Part shown: piece after piece, positions 57,665 to 64,000 of the stretch | Layout: each line of letters begins with the position of its first letter | Numbering within the stretch: the first letter of the stretch is position 1 | DNA from: Treponemataceae bacterium | GTDB taxonomy: Bacteria; Spirochaetota; Spirochaetia; Treponematales; Rectinemataceae | Length of the DNA stretch: 64,000 nucleotides | Direction of reading: 5' to 3' | NCBI GenBank assembly: GCA_963667725.2 | Contig: CAXXHO010000003.1 | Coordinates: 800,001 to 864,000 of the forward strand | Translations under genes and position numbers: made by a program | The notes under the pieces: generated by a model | The model's input: only the letters and a program-made list of their open reading frames with translations | What the model was told of the DNA's origin: nothing | Databases searched by the model: none

Positions 57665-59050
57665 TTAGAAGCGCACCGACGCGCTCAGGGAAGAGCTTAC
57701 GTCGAAGCCGCCTATCGAGCTGTCGTCGTTGACCTTGGACGGATTCCAGCTATAGGTATAGCTGAGGGTCAGAACCGTCGCTCCGGTCTTATAGTTCACG
57801 CCGAATCCTATCACCGCGTCCTGGGGATCGATCAGGTCGTCGAAGATCCCGGTTTCCCTTCCGATGAAGTATTTCTCGTAGCCGCCTTCAAGAGAAAGTC
57901 CACCGATGATTCCTTCTCCCAACAGCACCTTGCCCTTGAGATGGGGATAGGCGGAGCTGTTGTCGGTATCAGCGTCGGGGGCGGGGACCGGGGCGAAGGG
58001 ACCGTCCAAAATGGCGCTGAACTGGAGCTTTCTATTGAAGAGATCGAAGCCGAGGCTGGCCAGCCAGCCGGCGGTGAAGTCGCCGGGCAAGGTGCTTTCG
58101 ATATAGTCAAACCGCTCCGCCCTGTAGAGATCGTAGTTGTTGTCGAAATAGGTCGGGATGAAACCTTCCTGGAGATAGCGGATCTGGGCGCCGTAGCTGA
58201 TGAAGCTTATCAGCCTGCCGCCGACGCCGGTGATGGCGCCCATGGCGCCATTCATCTCCCGGGCTCCCTCCACGAAGGCGGTGAGGGAGAATACTTCGCC
58301 GGTCACTATCGGAACCGTTACATCGGCCCCATACACGTAGATGAGCTTCGTCACGGGATAGGAGCTGGCGGTGATCTCCTCGGCTGTCGTATAGATCAGA
58401 GGATTCCTGTCCACCACCGCGGTTCCTCCGATCTGAACCCGGCCGAGAATGGATTTTCCCATAAAGGCGAGAGGCCTTACATAGACTCTTCCGCCGATCA
58501 CGTCGAGATTGGCCAGGTTGCCGGTGAGCGCCTCAACCCCGAAATAGGGTACGTTGAAAAGTGCTCCGTCGACTCCCGCCTGCAGGCCGAAAAGCCTCTG
58601 CTCAGGAAGGAATTTGGTATTGGCGTAATCTGAGACGATGAGACCGTTGCCCAAGCCAAAATCCGAAATGGAGCCAAGCTTTACGTAGAGCGGATCGATT
58701 CCCCGCTTTCCATACCGCACATACATGATTTTAGGCAGATAGACATCGAAGATCGTCTTGCCGCCCGAGGGAACCCAGTCGGGGGTGTAGAGAACGAAGG
58801 GGTTGCTTTCGTCAGGATAGAGCTGGAAACGGAAGGTCAGATCCAGGCCGATTCCAAATTTTCCCATGGCCAGATCGGGCTGGAACCCTAGTTTTGACCA
58901 GCTTTCCATCACGCCCGTATCGGGGTTAGGCAGAAGATCCGATCCCAGGTTGAGACCGGCGGAAAAACCATCTCCCGTATCGCCAGATTCCTGGGCCGAT
59001 AAAGGGAGGAGCAGAGTGATGATTACAACGAACAGGGAAAGTCGCTTCAT
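57665..59050 (-). CDS. Putative outer-membrane beta-barrel protein, paralogue 1
   Basis: Signal peptide, C-terminal SLSASVRF, motifs shared with the neighbouring gene. Confidence 0.65.
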   Translation of the reverse strand: MKRLSLFVVIITLLLPLSAQESGDTGDGFSAGLNLGSDLLPNPDTGVMESWSKLGFQPDLAMGKFGIGLDLTFRFQLYPDESNPFVLYTPDWVPSGGKTIFDVYLPKIMYVRYGKRGIDPLYVKLGSISDFGLGNGLIVSDYANTKFLPEQRLFGLQAGVDGALFNVPYFGVEALTGNLANLDVIGGRVYVRPLAFMGKSILGRVQIGGTAVVDRNPLIYTTAEEITASSYPVTKLIYVYGADVTVPIVTGEVFSLTAFVEGAREMNGAMGAITGVGGRLISFISYGAQIRYLQEGFIPTYFDNNYDLYRAERFDYIESTLPGDFTAGWLASLGFDLFNRKLQFSAILDGPFAPVPAPDADTDNSSAYPHLKGKVLLGEGIIGGLSLEGGYEKYFIGRETGIFDDLIDPQDAVIGFGVNYKTGATVLTLSYTYSWNPSKVNDDSSIGGFDVSSSLSASVRF

Positions 59051-59257
59051 TGTTGATAAGCCTCCTTGAAAGGCGATTTGCGCCGGGCGCCGATTTTCCT
59101 ACTACCCATTATATGACACTTGTACAAGGATTACATGATTACTTCTATTTTTCAAGCAAAAGCGACAGGCAATAAGGTCCTTTTATGATGGAATCCTTGC
59201 TGGAATTCGCCAAAAAAGGTAATGTAGCTTCAGCCTGTCGGGTAAAGGGGTACGAAG

Positions 59258-60727
59258 ATGGACTTTTTTGAACGAATTGAAGAGATCGTCAAAGGCAAAG
59301 GCACGAACCTCTGCATAGGTCTGGATCCTTATTTCAGCAGGGAAGAACGGACGAAGCAGGGTGACGAAGCCTGCCTTGCGGCGGCCTTGAAGGCCAATCT
59401 CCGTATCATTGAAGCCACGCATCCTTTTGCCGCCTGCTATAAACCGAATATCGCCTTTTATGAAGCCTTCGGCAGTCGCGGCATGGCTGTGCTCGGACAG
59501 ACATTGGCGGCCATTCCCCGGGAAATCCCCGTAATCCTGGACGCCAAGCGCGGCGATATCGACTCGACCGCCCGAGCTTACGCCGACGCCGTTTTCGGCG
59601 AATTGGGAGCCGACGCGGTAACCTTGAGTCCCTACATGGGCAAGGACACCGTCGATCCTTTCCTCGACTGGAAGGACAAGGGCGTTTTCATACTCTGCAA
59701 AACGAGCAACCCCGGCGCCGGGACTTTCCAGGACCTTTCCGTGGCGGGAGAACCGCTTTATCTGCGCGTCGCGAGGGAAGCCTCCTCATGGTCGGAACGG
59801 GTAGGGCTCGTCGTCGCCGGCAACAATGCCGCCGCGCTCGCCAGAGTTCGCGCCGCCGCTCCTCATGCCTGGTTTCTGGCGCCCGGAATCGGGGCTCAGG
59901 GCGGGAAAGCCGACGAGGCGATGCGCGCCGGCGCCCGCGCCGACGGCTCCGGCATCCTCGTCGTGGCCGCCAGATCCGTCGCGGGCGCTGCCGATCCCGG
60001 CGCCGCGGCTCGCTCCCTGCGCGATGAGATGCGCCGCGCGGCGGCCGAAGCCAGACCATCCAACGTCGCCAATGCCGCCAATGCCGATGGCGCGGCCGTA
60101 CCGGGCTGGAGCGCCGCTGTGGGAGCCAGCGAAGCCCTGAAGGACAGCCTCGTGCGCCACCTCATCGACACCGGATGCTTCCGGCTGGGGGATTTCGTCC
60201 TCAAGAGCGGCAAGAAAAGCCCCTTCTATATAGATCTCAGAAGACTCATCTCCGACCCCGCCGCCCTCGAAACGGCAGGCCTGGCCTATGCCGAACTAGC
60301 CCGGGATCTCGCTTTCGACAGGCTCGCGGGCATACCCGCCGCCGCCCTTCCTCTTGCCACCGCCGCCGGCCTCGCGCTCAAGGTGCCCATGATCTGGCCC
60401 AGAATGCCCGTCAAGGAACACGGCACCGGTAATAAAGTGGAGGGCGAGTTCAGGTCCGGTGAAAAGGTTCTTCTCCTCGACGACCTCATCACGACAGGCG
60501 CGAGCAAGCTGGAAGCCATAGAGATACTACGCGGTGAGGGCTTGAACGTAAACGACCTGATCGTCCTGATAGAACGGGGAAAGCAGGGAAGGGTGGACAT
60601 GGAGAAAGCGGGCATCCGCCTCCACGCATTCCTCCATGTCAGAGAGCTCTTTTCCTCCTGTGAACGCCTGGGAATCATCGACGGGAAGACGCGCGCCGAA
60701 CTTGAACGTTTCGTCGACGAGGAATGA
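59258..60727 (+). CDS. pyrF: Fused orotidine-5'-phosphate decarboxylase / orotate phosphoribosyltransferase (OMPDC-OPRT)
   Basis: CIGLDP, KPNIAFYE, DAKRGDIDST, PGIGAQGG; then FVLKSGKKSPFYIDLR, KEHGT, LLLDDLITTGAS. Confidence 0.93.
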   Translation: MDFFERIEEIVKGKGTNLCIGLDPYFSREERTKQGDEACLAAALKANLRIIEATHPFAACYKPNIAFYEAFGSRGMAVLGQTLAAIPREIPVILDAKRGDIDSTARAYADAVFGELGADAVTLSPYMGKDTVDPFLDWKDKGVFILCKTSNPGAGTFQDLSVAGEPLYLRVAREASSWSERVGLVVAGNNAAALARVRAAAPHAWFLAPGIGAQGGKADEAMRAGARADGSGILVVAARSVAGAADPGAAARSLRDEMRRAAAEARPSNVANAANADGAAVPGWSAAVGASEALKDSLVRHLIDTGCFRLGDFVLKSGKKSPFYIDLRRLISDPAALETAGLAYAELARDLAFDRLAGIPAAALPLATAAGLALKVPMIWPRMPVKEHGTGNKVEGEFRSGEKVLLLDDLITTGASKLEAIEILRGEGLNVNDLIVLIERGKQGRVDMEKAGIRLHAFLHVRELFSSCERLGIIDGKTRAELERFVDEE

Positions 60728-60742
60728 AGACGCTTCGCCGGC

Positions 60743-61156
60743 CTAAAGAAGGTCGGCCAGCGTCCTGGAAGACGCGTAGGACCTGATTTCGTTTTCGAGG
60801 GATATCCAGAACTGTCCCGCGTTGCATCCGACGAACTTCGAACAGGGCGACTTGCCTCCCGTCCTCGTCATGGCGCAGGGGGAAATCTCCATGGATTCCC
60901 CCGCGGCCTCCAGGACGGAAAGCACGCTGATTTCGCTCTTGTCCTTCACGAGATAGAAGCCGCCTCCCGGCCCGCGGTAGGCGGCGATGAGGCCCGCCTT
61001 CCTCAGCCTGAAAAAGATCTGCTGGAGAAATTCTGTGGAAATTTGTTCGTTCTCGGCTATGACGTGCAGAGCCATGGGATTGTCTCGGTTTGAATCGGCG
61101 GCAGCCAAGGCTAGAATCGCCTTGAGCGCGTAAATACCTCTGGTCGTCGTTCGCAT
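60743..61156 (-). CDS. Rrf2-family regulator (IscR/CymR-like, three Cys)
   Basis: YALKA, FLQQIFFRLRKAGLI..RGPGGGFYL; C-x10-C-x5-C. Confidence 0.9.
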   Translation of the reverse strand: MRTTTRGIYALKAILALAAADSNRDNPMALHVIAENEQISTEFLQQIFFRLRKAGLIAAYRGPGGGFYLVKDKSEISVLSVLEAAGESMEISPCAMTRTGGKSPCSKFVGCNAGQFWISLENEIRSYASSRTLADLL

Positions 61157-61242
61157 TTTTAATTCTCCTTATGAAATAATGGCAAATGCGATTATAACCA
61201 GGGAGAATTACTCACGCAACTTATTTTTAGAAATATACATAG

Positions 61243-62256
61243 TTATTTTACGGGCTGCCCACTGATGTCGGGGAGCCGTTCCAGGTTTCCCAAAAGCCAG
61301 CAGCGGTGGATCTTTCGGTTCCTGAAATCGCGCGGGATCGTGGCCTCGGTGACATCTTTCCAGGGCAGTCCGATGGAGGCCGCCTCCCATTTGAGCTGGC
61401 GTGAATTCGTGGAAAAGAGGATGGTGCCCTCGTTCGCCAAGACTTCGGCGCATGCCTTCAAGAGAACAGGCCAGTCGCGATTGATGTCGAAATCTTCCTT
61501 GGCCATCGTTGAGTTGGAGAATGTCGGGGGATCGGCGATGATGATGTCCCAGGTTTTGCCGGCGATCGCGGCTTGCCTCAGGAATTCCATCGCGTCGGAT
61601 TTTATGGGTTGGTGCGCGGTCGCGGCAAGCCCGTTGATCCTGAAGTTTTCCACCGACCACGAGAGATAGGTGTTGGAGAGATCGACCGAGACCACATGGG
61701 AGGCTCCTCCCGATGCCGCGTAAACCGAAAAGGAACCGGTATAACTGAAGAGATTGAGAACGCGCTTTCCGGCCGAGGCTTCCCTTATGGCCGCTCTCGC
61801 GGGCCGGTGATCGAGAAAGAGGCCGGTATCGAGGTAGTCCGAATAATTGACGTGGAAGAGAAGACCCGACTCCCTTATTATGGATTCGGCCTTCGTGTCG
61901 CCGTTGCGGTCGTACTGGGAAAGACCCTTCATCCGCCTGCGCGTCTTGAGATGGATATGTCCCGGGGATACGTTCAGCGCCTTGGCCGCGCTTTCCGCCA
62001 TGAGATCGAGCCAGGCCGCTTCCTCAGCTTCGTCTTTTTCGTAGGGGCGTTCATAGAGGGCGATGACGAGGGCGGCATCCTCGTTTTCGCCATAGAGATC
62101 CACCGCCAGCGGGATTTCCGGTATATCGCGGTCGTAAACCCTGAGCGCGTGGATGTCTTCCTTGCGAGCCCATTTTCTCAACTGCCTGCTGTTCTTGATG
62201 AGACGGTTGGAGAGATATTCGGCCTGCTTTACGTCTTTCTCCGAAGGGAAGGACAT
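61243..62256 (-). CDS. Stand-alone RlmK/RlmI-like class I SAM rRNA methyltransferase
   Basis: RVYDRDIPE, YLDTGLFLDHR, LNLFSYTGSFSV, DLSNTYL, DPPTFSNS, IPRDF; resembles the C-terminal half of RlmKL. Confidence 0.85.
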   Translation of the reverse strand: MSFPSEKDVKQAEYLSNRLIKNSRQLRKWARKEDIHALRVYDRDIPEIPLAVDLYGENEDAALVIALYERPYEKDEAEEAAWLDLMAESAAKALNVSPGHIHLKTRRRMKGLSQYDRNGDTKAESIIRESGLLFHVNYSDYLDTGLFLDHRPARAAIREASAGKRVLNLFSYTGSFSVYAASGGASHVVSVDLSNTYLSWSVENFRINGLAATAHQPIKSDAMEFLRQAAIAGKTWDIIIADPPTFSNSTMAKEDFDINRDWPVLLKACAEVLANEGTILFSTNSRQLKWEAASIGLPWKDVTEATIPRDFRNRKIHRCWLLGNLERLPDISGQPVK

Positions 62257-62259
62257 GCT

Positions 62260-62916
62260 TTACAGCTCTGCGGTTTCGTTCTTGAGCGCGATCTTCATCA
62301 TGACCGCGAGCATGGCATAGCCTGAGGAGAGATCCTCGCGCCAGACGATTATGTTCGCGGGGACTTTAAGCTTGATGTTGGTGAAATTCCATATGGATTT
62401 GATGCCGGCCTTCACGATGCTGTCGCAGGTGCTGCTCGCGAAAGGGGAGGGGACGGTGAGTATGGCGATTTCCGCCTGCAGTTCGGGGATGATCTCCTCG
62501 AGCTTTTCGAGCGGATAGATCGGGACGCCATGGACCGTGCTCCCGACTTTCGACGGGTCGGTGTCGAAGGCCGCGATGATGTTGAGCCCGTGGTTCTTGA
62601 ATTCCTGATAGCCCGAGAGCGCCGATCCGAGGTTGCCCGCGCCGACGACGACGGCCTTATGTTCGACATTCCACCCGAGATAGCGTTCGATTGCCAGGAC
62701 GAGATCGTTGACCGGATAGCCTTTTTTGGGTTTGCCGATGATGCCCGTTATCGCCAGGTCTTTTCTCACCTGTATAGGTTCCAGGTTGAGCTCGTTGGCG
62801 ATGACGGTGCCGGAGATGAACTGGTCACCGTTGCTTTGCGCGTGTCTGATAATATTCAGATACGAAGGCAGGCGCCTTATGGACGGAGCATAGGAAACCT
62901 TTTGCTTATTGGTCAT
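62260..62916 (-). CDS. rex: Redox-sensing transcriptional repressor Rex
   Basis: RRLPSY, QVRKDL, GY, VGAGNLGSAL, ILTVP, IWNFT. Confidence 0.94.
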   Translation of the reverse strand: MTNKQKVSYAPSIRRLPSYLNIIRHAQSNGDQFISGTVIANELNLEPIQVRKDLAITGIIGKPKKGYPVNDLVLAIERYLGWNVEHKAVVVGAGNLGSALSGYQEFKNHGLNIIAAFDTDPSKVGSTVHGVPIYPLEKLEEIIPELQAEIAILTVPSPFASSTCDSIVKAGIKSIWNFTNIKLKVPANIIVWREDLSSGYAMLAVMMKIALKNETAEL

Positions 62917-62937
62917 AATTTCTCCATAGGTAAATTT

Positions 62938-62965
62938 ATGATAACTATCTATCGATAAAAGTCAA
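62938..62965 (-). promoter_or_regulatory. Putative sigma70 promoter of rex
   Basis: Minus strand TTGACT-16-TATCAT. Confidence 0.55.
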
Positions 62966-63070
62966 GCGAAAACACAAGCGTGATTTACTAATATAATATA
63001 TATCAATATAATGATATAGAATAGCGGTTTTCTCCACGATTTTTTCGATTTGCTCATACTTTTCAGCCTA

Positions 63071-63988
63071 TCAGTCCCACCAGATTTTCGCGCAGAAATC
63101 CGGCCTTATCGTCGCGCCGGCGTGGCGGATGGAGCAGGCCGTCCTGGTTTGCGAGAACAGGGAGGCCATTCGTTCCGAGAATAAGGTCAGGGTTCTGCCG
63201 CCGGCCACGTCTTCGTCATAGAGAAGCGCTTTTTTGCTCTTGAATCCCAGAAGCCACGCCTGATCGGAAAAAGTGAGGATCGGTTCCTCGTCGTTGCGCT
63301 TGAACATGGAGAAGCGAATGAAATAGAGTGGTATTCCCATGAGTTCCGAGAGGAGAAGGGCAGGCATGATGGAGCCGTGGGCGGCGGCGACGATGATATC
63401 GGGCTTGAATTCCTCCTCGACGCTTTTTGCGAGTCGGACGAGGAGTCCGGGGTCTGAGCCCCGCCACGTGTAGGCGTCCCTGATGCCCGTATAGACGAAG
63501 CCGCGAAGATTGGGGGGCAGGGATTCGTGAAACGAGGCCATCTGTTCCCCGAAGCTCGCGTCGAGCCGGAGGGCGGCTCTCGCCAGGTCTATGGAGCGGC
63601 GGTATAGCCGATTGGCCACGTCGATGGCCGCGATGTCGTAATCGATTCTGTACTTCCTGGCTTCCTTCAGTTCGTAATAGAGGGTTGGATGCAAGGGCAG
63701 GTCGTGTTCGACGCAGATTTTGTAGTTGAGCATGACATTGACGATAGCGGGCGCCCTGACATAGAGGAAAACCGCCAGTCCGGGAGCCTCGAGCCATTTC
63801 GGGGAGGAAGGAGAGGAAGGCCGTCCCGCGAGGGCTTTGAGCTCCTGGACGGTTATGGCGACCTCGCGCAGCAGGACTTCATAGGTTGCGGAAAACTCCA
63901 TCTCGGGCGGGGGAGTCGTCCAATCGGCGGCGCCAAGCAGTTCGACAAGCATTATGGACAATGTAGCCGCGGTCAATCCGCGGCGCAA
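63071..63988 (-). CDS. Phosphoribosyltransferase-fold protein with unknown N-terminal domain (start uncertain; frame open to window end)
   Basis: FKPDIIVAAAHGS and KALLYDEDVAGGRTL, a PRPP-loop-like motif. Confidence 0.65.
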   Translation of the reverse strand: MRRGLTAATLSIMLVELLGAADWTTPPPEMEFSATYEVLLREVAITVQELKALAGRPSSPSSPKWLEAPGLAVFLYVRAPAIVNVMLNYKICVEHDLPLHPTLYYELKEARKYRIDYDIAAIDVANRLYRRSIDLARAALRLDASFGEQMASFHESLPPNLRGFVYTGIRDAYTWRGSDPGLLVRLAKSVEEEFKPDIIVAAAHGSIMPALLLSELMGIPLYFIRFSMFKRNDEEPILTFSDQAWLLGFKSKKALLYDEDVAGGRTLTLFSERMASLFSQTRTACSIRHAGATIRPDFCAKIWWD

Positions 63989-64000
63989 GCTTTTTTTTCG

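Noticed and set aside
62917..63070. Rex operator upstream of rex
   Set aside because: The region is AT-rich, but I found no convincing TTGTGAA-N4-TTCACAA palindrome.

Overview
This is a GC-rich chromosomal window from a spirochaete. The call rests on gene order matching Treponema/Borrelia: mraZ-rsmH-ftsL-murF-mraY-ftsW-ftsQ-ftsA-ftsZ-xerD-dprA-topA-xerC-hslVU, murG-cvpA-holB-like-HK-sigma54 regulator, and rpsT-HU-bactofilin-rho-rpmE. A Rectinema/Treponemataceae-like organism is plausible but not established. Most of the window is housekeeping genes. I saw no rRNA, tRNA, CRISPR array or IS element. Highlights: (1) A more AT-rich accessory block at about 31.8-42.1 kb encodes a circularly permuted cofactor-independent phosphoglycerate mutase homologue with an altered transferase motif, an Fe3+/sugar-phosphate-class ABC importer with two different ATPases, a membrane-sensor AraC regulator and a beta-CASP metallo-beta-lactamase. 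It is a candidate uncharacterised organophosphate utilisation system. (2) hslU is followed directly by fliA, with none of the flagellar genes normally found there. (3) A GG-N10-GC sigma54-type promoter precedes an uncharacterised gene with a sigma region-4-like HTH. (4) ftsA appears to start at CTG. (5) There is an unannotated 56-aa Zn-ribbon ORF next to a candidate anti-Shine-Dalgarno sRNA. (6) There are tandem paralogous outer-membrane barrel candidates and an OMPDC-OPRT fusion. All calls come from motif recognition by eye; no searches were run.
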